The notes under the pieces: generated by a model
Told to the model about the DNA's origin: nothing
What the model saw: the letters and a program-made list of their open reading frames with translations, nothing else
The model's database searches: none
Source of the DNA: the human T2T-CHM13v2.0 reference genome, Homo sapiens
Length of the DNA stretch: 64,000 nt
Direction: 5' to 3' (one strand)
NCBI RefSeq assembly: GCF_009914755.1
Contig: NC_060947.1
Part shown: positions 39,586-54,162 of the stretch, piece by piece
Position numbering within the stretch: position 1 is the stretch's first letter
How the letters are laid out: each line of letters starts with the position of its first letter
Program-made: the position numbers and the translations under genes

Positions 39586-40725
39586 GCCCAGAGTAATAAC
39601 AGCCACCATCATAACTCATGAAGCACTTTGGTCTGGGTGAAGCGCTTTACACAAAAAGCTCAACTGATCCTTACCACAATGCTGAGGAATATTATTATCC
39701 TCATTTTAAAAAGAAAAAATGGCAGCTTAGAGACATTCAGTGACTTAACTGTAGGTTACGCAATTAGTAAGTGGCAGAGTCAGAGTTCAACCCAAAACCT
39801 GAACTCTTAGCCACTACCCTTGGACAAAAAACAAAAAATTAAAAACACAGTAACTCTACATATACACTGATTGATATAAAGTGTCTTAAAACATTCTACT
39901 ATCTGACTAAATATAAGAATCTTAAATACCAGCTTTTCTCTTAGATATTTAACCTTTGCAAACAATTTAGGAGCAAGCTTATCATCACTTCATCTTTTTA
40001 AAAAGCTAATGACACTTGAATTTAACATGCAGTATCAATTATAATCTCACAACCAAATGGTAATTTGGCACTTTCAGAAGCAGTCCCTATGTCCCCATGA
40101 CAGGCCCTTGGATGAATAATCATAGCACAGCACACACAAATAATGGTAGACTAATATTTGATGTTATGAAATTATAAAAATATTGCATCTCTCTTCTGAG
40201 AAGTTTACTTGGAAAAGGTTTCATAAAAGTGATGACAATCTCAATTACGAGTAGACACCCAAATTTTTTAAATACTTAGAAATCAGTGATGTACAACATG
40301 ATTAGCATTCTGCACTTTTAGTTTTTTGCCAAGAAAATGGCCCAAGTTAGATGCTGTGGGAGACTGGGAAATACACAGTGGCAGTAACACAGAAGTGCCC
40401 TCTTTACAGTGTCTTAAGGGCAGTTAGAGGAGCCAGAATACAAAGGGAGGGGTAAAATCAAAATCACCACCTGCCTCATGCTTGGCTTTGTCAATCTGTT
40501 TCACACTCTTCATATCAAAATTTGATATTTAACAAAACTTTTTTAAAAAATTAAAATGCAAAGTTAATAGTCTTGAAAATACTACATAAGGACTCTTTCC
40601 CAGTTTAAAGTTATGAAAAGAGAGAGAGGGAATCATGTTAACCAAAATTGACAATGAAATTCACTATACCTCAAAGAATCCCTATTGTAATCCTGGTAAA
40701 CTATATAGGCATTCCCTTGGGACTG

Positions 40726-41046
40726 TTTTTTTTTTTATGTTGTTGTTGTCATTTTTGTTTGTTTGTTTTAGTTTTGTTTTGTTTTGTTGAGACGAAGTCT
40801 CACTCTGTCACCCAGGCTGGAGTGCAGTGGCGCAATCTTGGCTCACTGCAACCTCTGCCTCCTGAGTTCAAGTGATTCTCCTGCCTCAGCCTCCCCAAGT
40901 AGCTGGGATTACACGCAAGCACCACTACGCCCGGCTAAGTTTTGTACTTTTTGTAGAGATGGGGTTTCACCATGTTGGCCAGCCTGGTCTCGAACACCTG
41001 ACCTCAGGTGATCTGCCTGCCTCGGCCTCCCAAAGTGCTGGGATTA
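40726..41046 (-). mobile_element. AluS-type SINE, 5'-truncated by ~25 bp, with a long patterned (TTG/TTTG) tail
   Basis: gagacgaagtctcactc...caaagtgctgggatta. Confidence 0.94.
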
Positions 41047-41369
41047 TAAAAGCCAATAATATGCAAACATCCCTCATCACCTCTATCACTCTGACAAAGC
41101 AGTGGTTTTATGAGAAAATTCTAAAAACTACCAAGTCATCTTCTCATCAAATAACTGGAATTCTCTGATTTCTCTGAAGAGAATACTTTCTAGTTATTTA
41201 ACACAAACACACACCAAAAAGATCTGAGGTAAGGAGATAAATATCACCAATTTGACATCAAATTCATAAAAGAAAAGTGGTTTTTGTAGGTAGAATTTAG
41301 ATGTTAATTGTTGAACTTTTCAACACAGAGTAGCAAGGAGACCCTGAACAGTAAAGCCATCACTGAAAA

Positions 41370-41570
41370 CAGCTAACATTTTGAGCATTGACCGTGTGCC
41401 AGCTGCTATTCTATGTGTTTTAAGAACTTATTTATCCTCCCAATAACTATGAGGCAGGCAGATGTAGAAAATGAAGCATAGAGAGGCCAAGTAATGTGCA
41501 CAAAGGTCACACAGCTAGCAAGTAGCAGAGCCAGTATTCAAATTCAGGCAATCTGACTCCAGATAACAAG
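41370..41570 (-). mobile_element. MIR
   Basis: ttgagcattgaccgtgtgccag...aaggtcacacagctag. Confidence 0.75.
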
Positions 41571-42194
41571 CACGCCAGCAGCCTTCATCATATTTCACAG
41601 TGAAACATTGCAAATCTTCCCTTTAACATCACGGATCATACAAGCATCAGGGCCACTGCTAGCACATTCATGCATGCCTTCGTGTAAATTGCAAGAAGGC
41701 ACACACTCCTGGCTAGTAAATTTCCAAAACATGTCCTTCATTCAGGCGAATGCAGCTCACAAGGTGCATGCAAACGGCTTGGCTGGCAGAGTGGGGGACT
41801 GCATTACATCCCCCTTCTACTTCATCAGCCGAATGCCCTTGGGCAGGGCACCACCTGAACAGCTTATGCTGTGGCCTTGAAGCTCAGAAAACTTTTATTT
41901 CCTGAACAATAAGAATTTAATTGTCTATTCTTTGTCTCCTCAATGCTAGTACACAGTTGGCACTTAAATGTTTGTTGAATGAATTTATTTAATACCCTTC
42001 TACAGGGGTGACATTTGATTACTGAGTAAATAAATAAATAAATGGCTGTAGTGATCAGTGTCTGTATAAGTATTTTAAATACAGTATAAGAAACTAAAAT
42101 ACTTAAGACATACTGAAACTGATTTCCTCTGGTCATCCAGAAATGGTAACATAAACTTTTGACTTTTTCAAAGGGAAAGAAAGACAGTCAGCCA

Positions 42195-42395
42195 ACAGTA
42201 ATAACCACCTTACATTTGTACAGCATTGCACAGTTCCCAGCACTCACACGCATTCAATCCTTAACAATAATGCCATGAATCTGGCACCGTTACTCCTATT
42301 TTTCGGATTAGTAAAAGGAGGTTCGAAGAGATTCAAGGGTTTGCTCACAGTTATACACCTAGCAATGGCAGAGCTAGGTCTGAAACCTGGTTCTG
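42195..42395 (-). mobile_element. MIR
   Basis: cattcaatccttaacaataa...gcaatggcagagctagg. Confidence 0.6.
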
Positions 42396-43549
42396 TTTCT
42401 TTGTCTTAATGGGTGTTGCCTCAGCCTTATTACCTCCTATAACATACAGAGATCCATGTTGCTAAAACAAAATTCTTGAAACATGCAGAGTTTTAAAATC
42501 AGAATTTTTAAATTAACTTTCTTGGAAAGAATATGTTGATAAAAATCACCTGGAGTCTATCAATGTCCAAAGCCTTGGGACTGTATCATTAGAGGAATAT
42601 TTGCAGGCATGTGGAACAGTGCAGCATTCTCCAGGGCATCTCTACTGAACTACATATTAGGAGGTGTTTTGGCCAAATAGTTCCTCCTCCTTAAGTTCAA
42701 ACTGGCTTGTCTTCCTGAGAATGCACCAGTCACAATTTTGGGGAAAATCTAAACAACACGTGACATAAACCAAATATTGCAATGTGTACCATCATTTTGA
42801 TCATTGAGAAGCAATGTTTAGAATGATGTTATTCATGTCTTGTCCCACAAAATGAAAAAAAGAGAAAATAGACTCCAAGCCTTCTCGGAAACATGATAAC
42901 CTTTGCTCTCTTTCCTCTAAGACAATCAAAATATATAACATGAAAACAAATGGCAATAGCTTGTAAAATAATGGAGACCTTTACTGAAGCCTCAGGCTGT
43001 GGGATGATTTATGCTCTTGAAAAAGATAAAAAACATCAAGCTTTCATAAGTTGCCATAGAAACCTTTCTCCAGATGCAGCCGCTTTGAGATACTAGAATG
43101 AGATTGCCTTCCAAGGTCTTTCAGAATATGTCTAAAACCATAAAAATTGTCTCTTCATCACAGTTTATATGCAAATGATTGCATTTTCTAAAATGTCAGC
43201 AATCATAATGAGTCTTGTTTAATAACCAAGCTTTTGTCTCTACCCTTTGTTGTTTGAAAGGAGTTGACTATCTTTTATGTATTGTAATCGTGGAAGACAA
43301 AATTTGTTTTTGCTTTATCTCAACATAGTCTCCCATGAATAAAGGAATCAAACCCAGAAATTATAGCTTTGTCTTTCTCGGGTTTGTGTGCTATATTATT
43401 CATTATAAAAACTGTTAAATAAAATTAAACTTTTAATTTACCTGCCTCAAATCCTTCTGGGAATTAGAGGAAGTGTGTATGCATAAACATACTCTCAAGA
43501 AATTTTTTTTTAAGTATAGAAGATAATTATATGATGCCATGATCATTTC

Positions 43550-43708
43550 CTTTTTTATTTTTAATTTTTATGGGTACATAGTAGGTGGATGTACTTATGG
43601 GGCACATGAAATATTCTGACACAGGCATACAATGTGTAATAATCACATTGAGGTAAATGGGGTATCCATTTCCTTAAGCAATTGTACTCCCTCAGTTATT
43701 CTAAAATA
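43550..43708 (-). mobile_element. Short 5'-truncated L1MA 3' end
   Basis: Homologous to 3925-4100. 13-bp TSD ccatgatcatttc at 43537-43549 and 43709-43721. Confidence 0.88.
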
Positions 43709-44599
43709 CCATGATCATTTCTTTGATGGGGATCTGAGGATGAAATATTTCACTACTATGATAGTAGCCCTCCTACGGATTACCAACACAATTTTTAGAA
43801 TCACAAGCATCTTTAAGGAAGAATATAAAACTGAAGAGCTACCATTTCTGCTTTGGGTGACCCCCTCCCCAGATCCCATTTTGTGATGGGTGTTACAAAT
43901 GTTATGAAGAGGGTTAGAAGTCTGCTATAGAGTATGCTGACTACGTCTCCAGGAAAACATCCCCTTTCACCAGAAAGGAGAAGACAGATTAGGAAATCTA
44001 GAAAAAGAGGACAACATGTGGGAGGTGCCAAGGAAAAGAAGTCTGAGTGTGATGTAATCAGTGATTGGAAGAAATAAAATTACAAAGGAGTCATTCAGTG
44101 ATGCCAAAGCCTGGCCCTGCTTCCATCTTCTAGGAGCCTAGTGAGTCTGCCCCAACAAGAACCTGTGAAACAAAGACTAAGGTAGTCAGCAGTGTGCAAG
44201 GACCAGAACCAAATGAAAACACCACCTGGTCAAGAAGAAGCCAGGTCTTTGCCCTTCAGTAGAAAAAGCTTTATGCCCAAAAGGCCACCTCCTGGCTGCA
44301 TAACCTCAGACAAGAGTCCCCACCTTTCTGGGACTCACTTTCCCCATCTATAAAATAAGGTGATTAAATTAGGCCCCTTTCAGTCTGTGATCAACCCAAA
44401 TGAGACAGGGTGGCAATGTCACATAAACTGAGATTTCATTACAGAGGTAGTATCTTTATGACCCCAAAGCATCTAGCCCAAAGTCTGCCCTGTGGAGCTT
44501 AAAATTTGGGTGTCACCAATAGATGTGAATAAAAATATGTGTTTTATTTGTGTTCATATACGATAAGGAAATGCTGATTTAAACAAAGCTGTTTAGGAA

Positions 44600-44815
44600 T
44601 AGATGTGCTAAGATAATTAGGGATGAAATGTCATGATGTCTGTAACTTACTTTGAAATGCATCAAAAATCAAGAGAGATTGATAGATGGAGAGAGGGATA
44701 AATAGTTGGATATACTGGAATAAAGCAAATATAGCAAAAACATTAATTGTGGAGTCTAGTTGGTTGGTATATGAGTGTTGACTGTATAATTCTTTGAAAA
44801 ATTTCATAGTAAGAG
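44600..44815 (+). mobile_element. Old L1M (L1ME/MC) 3' fragment
   Basis: gggatgaaatgtcatgatgtctgtaacttactttgaaatg...aaatttcatagtaa. Confidence 0.6.
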
Positions 44816-45236
44816 AATTCTGGAAAAAAGTTAAACTGGTTTCTATTCCGCTGGACTTGTTCAGAGCCCCAAGTTAATGTATCACATAATTCCATAAAGA
44901 TACTATATACCATTTATATAATTTCTTAGTCTTTAATAACTTATTGGGCAACAGGGGACAAAAGTGATTCTCTTGAGGGCGGAAAGTTCTCCTTATATTT
45001 TTTCAAAAACATACCTAAAGCAACTGGTCAATTTGGTCAATGTGGCTAAAACTGGTGGTGGGTTCCTTAGAGTGATATCCAAAACATGATGTGCCTCTAG
45101 AAAAGAACAAAGCCTAACAGAAGAGGCACCATGAAGGCAAGGAAGAGGTTAACTACAGATATTTGGAAAGGGAGCTTCCTGGGGAGGTCAGAAGTGCATT
45201 TGGTACAGCCAAGTTACAGAAAAGTAGAAAATGATG

Positions 45237-45637
<401 letters not shown>

Positions 45638-45718
45638 CTAGAGCAAGGAGGAAGGGAAAGTGTGCTGCCACCTCTGAGGAGCTGGAAGATGGCCAGATGA
45701 GTAAATTTGGGTAGCATG

Positions 45719-46182
45719 GTGTTGTGAAATGAATTGAGTATGCCTCAAAATTCATATGTTGAAGTTCCAACCCCCTAGGACCTCAGAATGTGACCTTATA
45801 TGGAGATAGTCTTTACAGAGGTAATCAAGTTAAAATGAGGTCAGTATTGTGGGCCCTAGACCAACCTCACTGGTGTCCTTGTAAAAGGAGGAAATTTGGA
45901 AACAGAGACATGCACATAGGGAGAACTCCATGAAAAAATGAAGGCAGAGATAGAGTGATGCCTCTATAAGCCAAGAGGCACTAAAGATCGCCAGCAAACC
46001 ACCAGACACTAAGGGAGAGGCATGGCACAGATTCTCCCTCACATCCCTAGAAGGAACCAACTCTGCAAACACTTTGATCTTGGGCTTCCAGCCTCCAGAA
46101 CCATATGACAATACATTTCTGTTGTCATAAGCCACCCAGGGTGTGGAATTTTGTCACAGCAGCCCTAGCCAACTAATATACA
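45719..46182 (+). mobile_element. MLT1(B/C)-type MaLR solo LTR
   Basis: cctcagaatgtgaccttat...ttccagcctccagaac...gcagccctagccaactaata. Confidence 0.88.
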
Positions 46183-46476
46183 TGGGAAATGTTATCTTCT
46201 GTACTAACTAACTTCATTGTTAATTAAACTTATTTGGGCTTATTTGGGGATAACATGGTGATGAAAACCCTGGGTAGCCACTCCAGAATGGTTTTTCTTA
46301 TGTTGTCAGTAGTGCTGAGAAGTTGGGAGAGGGTAAGAGAGCAGAGAGGGAGTTCCTAGCAGAAGCACTATTTCGAGTGACCTGTTGGAACTGGGAAATG
46401 GGGCATTAGCCCAAACAGATGTTAAGTAAGCAGTTGGGTGAGCCTCATAGTGACAAAGCTTAATAATCTCAGTTCT

Positions 46477-46903
46477 AACCCAAATGCCCATCACTGATAG
46501 ATTGGATAAAGAACATGTGGCACATATACACCATGGAATACTGTGCAGCCATAAAAACAATGAGTTAATGTCCTTTGCAGGAACGTGGATGAAGCTGGAA
46601 GCCATCATTCTCAGCAAACTAACACAGGAACAGAAAAACAAACACCACATGTTCTTATTCATAAGTGGGAGTTGAACAATGAGAACACATGGACACAGGG
46701 AGGGAAACATCACACACCGGGGCCTGTAAGGGGGTGGGGGAAATGGGAGGGAGAGCTTCAGGACAAATATCTAACGCATGCAGGGCTTAAAACCTAGATG
46801 ACAGGTTGATAGGTGCAGCAAGCCACCATGGCATATGTATACCTATGTAACAAACCTGCATGTTCTGCACATGCATCCCAGAACTTAAAGTAAAATAAAA
46901 TGA
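46477..46903 (+). mobile_element. 5'-truncated L1PA (approximately L1PA8-11) 3' end
   Basis: ORF2 end FAGTWMKLEAIILSKL, G-rich tract, L1 terminus; TSD aatctMagttc at 46465 and 46904. Confidence 0.92.
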
Positions 46904-47617
46904 AATCTAAGTTCCAGCTTTGGAGCTGTAAGCAACACAATAAAGGAGAGGCCTTTCTCCATTCAACACAGAGCAGTAAATAATAATGAGGGGATGTGAA
47001 TAATCTAGAACTTAAGTGAGAAATAAAGCTTCCTGAACTTCGCATCAAAAAATCAGCCATTGCCAAGATTATACAAGTCCTATGCTTCATACAAATTCTG
47101 TAGCATTTTTGAAGTGTACAACTCTACTTTAAAATTCAATGATTGTCAATGACATTTATGTAACTATTCAACTCACCGAGACATTTTCTGGCTTCAGAGC
47201 CTCATTGTCTTTCTCAGTGTCAAGGAAAAGTTTTGGCACGCCCAGGCACAAGAAGTTCCATCCTGCCAGCTCAGATGCTCCAGGTCTCTGGGCACCCAGA
47301 CCAGGTAGGATGAAACATGGTGGCAGGTCAAGACTGTGAACTTGACCAGAATAGGTTATTCAGAAACATGTGTGTGGGAAAATCCTTTCCTTAAGACCTT
47401 AATAGCAACTTTCAAACAGAAGTCACAAGTGGTAGAAGAATCAGTTCTGGCATTAAAAACATTGGCTTCAATAATCACAAGCCAAGCAGATTCTTCTTCT
47501 TTTCTTAAAGCCTAACCCGAAAGACTCATATTAAAACTGTACAGTCCCATCCTAACAGTGTATAGACTTTGACCCACATAGGAGGGCACAGACTCATGCT
47601 CAGTGTCTAGCATATAC

Positions 47618-47648
<31 letters not shown>

Positions 47649-47655
47649 TATGTGC
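47618..47655. repeat. (TG)n microsatellite
   Basis: Read directly. Confidence 0.9.
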
Positions 47656-48305
47656 ACTGAAGCTGTGAGCAACATACATAACCAGGGGCATTATCCAGAG
47701 CTAAAGGTATCATTGAAACAGCAATGCAGAAGCTACAACTGCTTCTTCATCTGTCACTGGGGATTGAGTGGCACCCTTCCTGCTAAAATAGAGAGACAAC
47801 ATAAAGGTATTACAATACATAACTGTAGTTAGAGAACAAAAACAAGGACTCTTGGAAGTCATAACACAACAACCAGACTCCTAGAGAATTTTATTTTATT
47901 GACTCAATTAGAATGGGCCTTGCATACAGAATTTGAAACAGATAAACAAATGCAATGAGAAAAGGCAAAGGTATGGCTCTCTTGGCAAACACCATTAAGG
48001 CAAGTGACCTGTGGGAAGGAGCAGGAAGGGATAGGGGAACAGGTATGTTTTCTTAGAAGCTGCTTTCACAAGCAGATGGCCTCTGTCCCAGTGCTTTGGA
48101 GCTAATTCTCCCTGCTTTAGTCTACAGTCGGTGTCTCTGGCAGCAGCCTAAATCTGAAGAGACAAAACATGTCTTCCATCACCATGGAGAAACAGCATCT
48201 CCCCCCAGCATTCAGGAATTTGCCCTTGAAAAAGCAAAAATAAAAAATAAATATAAAACAAAAAAAACCCCAAAACTCTACATGATTTTTTAAGCAGCGT
48301 TCAAC

Positions 48306-48601
48306 TTTTTTTTTCTTTGGAGATGGAGTCTTGCTCTGTCTCCCAGGCTGGAGTGCAGTGACACCATCTCAGCTCACTGCAATCTCCGTCTCCTGGGTTC
48401 AAGCAATTCTCCTGCCTCAGCCTCCTGAGTAGCTGGGATTACAGGTACACGCCACCATGACCGGCTAATTTTTGTATTTTTAGTAGAGACAGGGTTTTGC
48501 CACGTTGGCCAGGCTGATCTCGAACTCCTGACCTCTGGCGATCCGCCTGCCTTGGCCTCCCAAAGTGCTGGGATTACAGGCATGAGCCACCACACCTGGC
48601 C
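48306..48601 (-). mobile_element. AluS(x)-type SINE
   Basis: gagatggagtcttgctc...ccacacctggcc. Confidence 0.95.
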
Positions 48602-48694
48602 CCTCAACTATTTTAATTCTGATAAAAGAACCTGCTGAAATCCTAGTGTTTTAAAAATTCAATTATAGTAGATTTTACCTTCTGCTTATATCTA

Positions 48695-49129
48695 TAGTTG
48701 ACGCTTGAACAACACAAGGGTTAGGGACACCAACCACCTGTACAGTCAAAAATCCATGTATAACTTTTGGCTCTCCCAAAACTCAATTACTGTTAGCCTA
48801 CCGTTAGTCTTACTGATAACATAGACAGTCCATTAACACATACTTTGTATGATATATGTATTATATACTGCATTCTTACAATAAAGTAAGCTAGAGAAAA
48901 GAAAATGTTACTAAGGAAATCACAGGGAAGCGAAAATATATTTACTATTCATTAAGTGGAAGTGGATCATCAAAAAGGCTTCATCATTGTTGTCTTCATG
49001 TTGAGTAGGTTGAGGAGGAGGAAGAAGAGGAGGAGCTGGCCTTGCTGCCCCAAGGGTGACAGAGACAGAGAAAATCCACATGTAAGTGGACCCGAGCAGT
49101 TCAAGCCTGTATTGTTCAAGGGTCAACTG
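48695..49129 (-). mobile_element. Tigger2a/MER28-like element, inverted relative to the copy at 24.6 kb
   Basis: TIRs agttgacgcttgaacaa and ttgttcaagggtcaactg; TA flanks. Confidence 0.88.
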
Positions 49130-49255
49130 TACTTTCACATTATTTTCTCTTGTTCCATTTAACTACAATTTAATTTTTTTTTTTTTCATTTAAGGTAAAA
49201 GCATTGGATCCAGGGCCTTTCTACACCGCTAGCATCCCATCACAAACACCATTGA

Positions 49256-49708
<453 letters not shown>

Positions 49709-50559
49709 TAAAATTAAATCTTGCAGCAAGGCTAACATCCCCAAAGCACTTTCCTGGAGTCCTGCGGTCCATCCCACCCTGGCCTCTGCCTTCCTGAGAA
49801 AGGAAAGACCCTGCCAATATGGCTGCAAAGAATTTCCTCCCCAATTTCTTGCTGCTCTGAAAACAACTTCCACCTCCCACCTCCCGAGTGCTAGCTTCTG
49901 GAAGTTACGTTGCCTGGACTTGTCTCGGAGTCAGAGATATTGAGGTTCTGGCAAGATTTCGTCTTCATTTTTCATTCTAAGTTAGGACTTGGAAACCCAA
50001 AAGTCCCAGGGAGCTGAATAGAATAGTAGGTAAAGTGTGAGATGGGCAAGTGTAAAACAATAGCCAACAGCAAGGGCTTTGGAGAGCTGAATAAAAACAC
50101 TAAAATCAAATTTTAAAACACTGGCGAGCCAGCCCCAACTTGTGAGAGATTTGGTCCATGGGCTACCAATTTAGAACCTCTGATCTAAGCTACCATCTAG
50201 GCCTCATTCCATTAATAGGAATGTGGCTTCAGCAAAGACAGACACCATTTTCCTGAGCCCTCGCAGATTCAAGTCAGCTGCCTGCATGGCTCCAAAGATG
50301 GAGGCTCTTCCTATTCCCCAACAGGGCTTTCTGTCAACCCACTGAGGAAATTCCTCCCTCCTGTATGTGAAGCATATTTACAATGTAGGGCTCATTGACA
50401 AACCTGAACCAATACATGATCAAATCCTACTCATTTTCCCAGGTTTCCTTCTGCCTTATCACTTGGGCCCAGTCATTGGGCTAGGAGCTCAAACCTAAAT
50501 CCTGGGCTTCATGCTTCAGTCTTTCAGGTTCCATATCCCATCTTACCCATAATACCCTG

Positions 50560-50800
50560 CAATACCTAGCAAGACCTGCCCTCTGCCAACCTCTCTAGCC
50601 TTCTTTCCTTCTGCTCCACATCCTATACTCTGGCAACACTGAACTCCTTTCCCCTCATTGTGGTTCTTCTCACACTCTGCGCTGTTTAGTGTTTCCATGC
50701 CTTCGTTCTGCTGAGATTTCATGTAATTCCACCTCATCCCCCAAAATCAGTTCAAGTGTCACCTCCTCGAGAGAATTTGCCCTAACCAGGCCCCAGGGTG
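50560..50800 (+). mobile_element. L2 fragment
   Basis: tcagttcaagtgtcacctcctcgagagaa. Confidence 0.55.
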
Positions 50801-51659
50801 TGTTAGGACTCCCTAGTGTGGATTTTCCACAGCAGTAAATACTTTATCCCTTACTAGATCACCCATAAGAAGGAGGATACCATGGCAGGCTAGGAGAAGG
50901 CAGACTGAGGCAGAGTTTGCATCTAAATGCGCAAGAATCTTTGGGGAGCTCCATAATTTTTAACTTTTCACTCAGATTATTTTTGGAAAGAGGCTTTTCC
51001 TGTTATTTCATACCAACAGATTGGAGATAGGTTGAAACCTTTCCATGTCTGGCCAAAACGCAGCTCGTGGTTTGATAAAACGATTTAACAAAAGCCAAAA
51101 CAAGCTGGCAATGTTTGTGAAGACAAGGCCTCAAATGGAACTCAGATGAAATTACTTATACCTTCATTAGGTTCAATCCCTTTGAGATAATTTACACTTA
51201 AAAAAAGAATCATTCTAGATAGATCTCAGTGAGACGCCCTGAATGCAGTTGTCAGGGTCAAGTATCAGAAGAAGACCTGGCATACAAAAATTACCACTAG
51301 TGCAAAGATTTAGAGAAAAACAAAATACCTATTGCTGGTTGGGCAAATTATTACAGGGGTGCCTGTGGCTGAGATCTAGTTTCCCCATTCACTTTAGGAT
51401 ATCTGCTCAGTCGCCCCAAATCAAAAACAAATCCAGGTGTTTTTTTTCTGTCGATAACATTTTTATCATAAACCTGGAGCAATCTGAGCAGTATCTTTTG
51501 CTTAATCATCATCAGAAAGAATACTTTAACATCTCTTTTCTGAAATTAAGGCCACCGTATTTGACAGATGCCTTCCTACAATTAAATGAATCATATTTTT
51601 GAGCAATAGTTTTTAATTTTCCATTGTACAAAATGGCTGCTTTATAGCTTTTCTTCTTA

Positions 51660-53425
51660 AACTTCCTACATGACACCATCCGACCTCCATCCCTCTTCAG
51701 CTGATGATCATGCCTCATTTTTATGGAGAAAGTAAAAGAACTTGTTCATCTTTCCATAATCAACCCGCCTATACACACACCTTCACCTTTGCCTGTATGT
51801 GAAGTTTTACCTCCTATGACTTAAATGAAGTGTTATTTCTTTAAGGAAGCCAATCCTCCATGCAGTTTTTAGATTCCATCCCTATCAGGGCTTCGATCCT
51901 CTAATCATATATTTTCTCTCCTACATCATCAATTTCTTCTTCTGTCCTGGATCATTACCATGAGCACATGAGCATGTTCTGGTATCTTCCATCTTCAAAA
52001 AATATGTGGTCAAATACCTCCCTTTCCCTTTGAATCCCTTCATAGCACTTCTTCAAATAATAATCTATACACATTGCATCTATTTCCCCATCTCTATTTC
52101 CCCAACTCACTCCAGTCAGACTTTCATCTCTACTATTTCACTGAGACTGCTCTTGTCAAAGATGTCAGTGATTTTCATATTGCCAAATCTGGTGGGCACA
52201 CCTTTGTCCTTAAATGACTTGTTCTCTTAGCAGTATTTGGTCATGCCTTCCCTCTTGACTCACTGTCTTCACTTGTTTCTGAACCACAGGCTTTCATGGG
52301 TTTCTTCTCTAACTCATTGCTGCTTCTTAAATACCTTTGCTGGATTCTTCTCTTCCCAACCTCTAAACATTGGAGAGTCCCAGGACTCCACTTTTGAGCC
52401 TCTTCTTTTTTCAATTATTCACAGGTGATCTCAACCAGTTCCATAGCCTTGAAACTTCAGACTTGATATGTAAACTGCCTACTTAATTGTGCCTTCCTCT
52501 ATGTAATAATCATGTCAAATATAACATGTCCCAAACAGAGCTTTTAAGTTTCCTTTCCCAAATCAGTTCCTCTCTAGTCATTTCCATCTCAATAATGTTA
52601 CCACAATTCACCCAGTTTTTCAGGCCAAAATCCAGGAATTGTCCTTGATTCTTTTTCTTCCTGACCACTCTGGCCTCCAGTCAATACATCAGCAAGTCAG
52701 TGTCACCTGAATACAACCATTTCTCAGCATTCTTACTAATACCATCTTGGTCTAAGACAATATCGTCTTTTTTGGGGACTACTGCAAAAGCCTGCAACTC
52801 CTTCAATTCTTGCCTTTCTAAGATATCAAATTACACATCTCAGGGTATCTTTCAAAACAAAATCCAACTCATTACACTTCTGTATTTCAAATCTTCTAAT
52901 GACTTCCATTGCAAACAGGAGTCCCACCCTGTAACTTACCTTACAGGGCCCCATATGACCTCACTCTTGCTTAGTTGTCTTTCCTACCACCCCTTGCTCA
53001 TTCTACTACAGCCACATTGTTTTTCTTTCTGTTCCTTGAAAATGCAAGGGTTGTTCCCACCATAGGGGATTTACAGTAACTGTTCCCACATTCTGTAATG
53101 CTCACCTCCCTGATAGTTACATGTTCAGGATCGCAGATCTCAGTTTGAATGTTCTCTCTAAGGAAGAGGTATTTCCTGACTCTGCTTCATTACTGCATCC
53201 TATTTTACTTTTCATCGATTAACTTATCACTAGCAGTACTTTGTAGGTAGCTAAGTATTTATTTTGTTGGTCCATTTGGTAATTTATTATGTGACTGCCC
53301 CTCCACCAACTAGACAATAAGCTCTGTGAAAGCAGAGATCTTGCGTGTGTTATTTCCTGCTTTATCCCTAGCACCCGGGAGAATATCTGGCATGTAGCCA
53401 TCCTCAACAAATATTTGTTGCTGGC
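51660..53425 (+). mobile_element. Long L2 fragment (~1.8 kb)
   Basis: ctgagactgctcttgtcaaag, catgtcccaaacagagc, ends ctcaacaaatatttgttg. Confidence 0.8.
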
Positions 53426-54050
53426 AGGAAAGAATTCAGACGAGTCAATTAATTCACCTCAGAAGGATGAAGAGCAACTCATTTTGCAAAGAACTAACGC
53501 TAGTGCGGCCATCAGAATGCATTCCTCCTCAAAACCTGATGTATCAAAAACGTATTTTAATGTCAAGGTGACCGTTTGATCACAGTTATCCTCCAAAATT
53601 TTTAGTCCCAAATTTTCTGTTCCAAATGTTTCTTTAACTACAAATTTAATACAAAATTTTGTCAAGGAAAAAATTTAAAGTACCAGTGCAGAAGGGTAGT
53701 TTTCCACCTGGACAAGGATTCAAAACAGACCCCCAAATATCAATAGCATAATGTTAGCTCCATAGCTTATCTGCCTCATGTCTAAAATCTACAGTCTCCT
53801 TTCATCAGTAACACCATTTTGGGCACTTGTCAGAAAACTAAAATGCTTCCCCTGCTGAATGTCATGTAAGCACCTGAAATTTTAAAGAGTTATTTTAAGG
53901 GCTTTGTTAATTATTAATTCCTCTGGGGTATTTAAATTCTAGGCCTGCACTGTTAGATTATTGAAAAGAAAGATACCTATTCAATGCTGTACTAGCTACT
54001 TACAGAAATTTCTTACATTTTAAATGTATTTTAGCATTATGCTCCAGCTG

Positions 54051-54054
<4 letters not shown>

Positions 54055-54084
<30 letters not shown>
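54055..54084. repeat. (TG)n microsatellite
   Basis: Read directly. Confidence 0.95.
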
Positions 54085-54085
<1 letters not shown>

Positions 54086-54151
54086 TATTTTTAAGTACTT
54101 TGAACAAACTCTCTGTACTCTCAAGCTGTGGGCATGGTCCAAAATTGTCAA

Positions 54152-54162
54152 ATGAGTCAGCA
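54152..54162. promoter_or_regulatory. ARE/AP-1 motif ATGAGTCAGCA
   Basis: Matches RTGASTCAGCA in apparently non-repeat DNA; motif match only. Confidence 0.35.
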
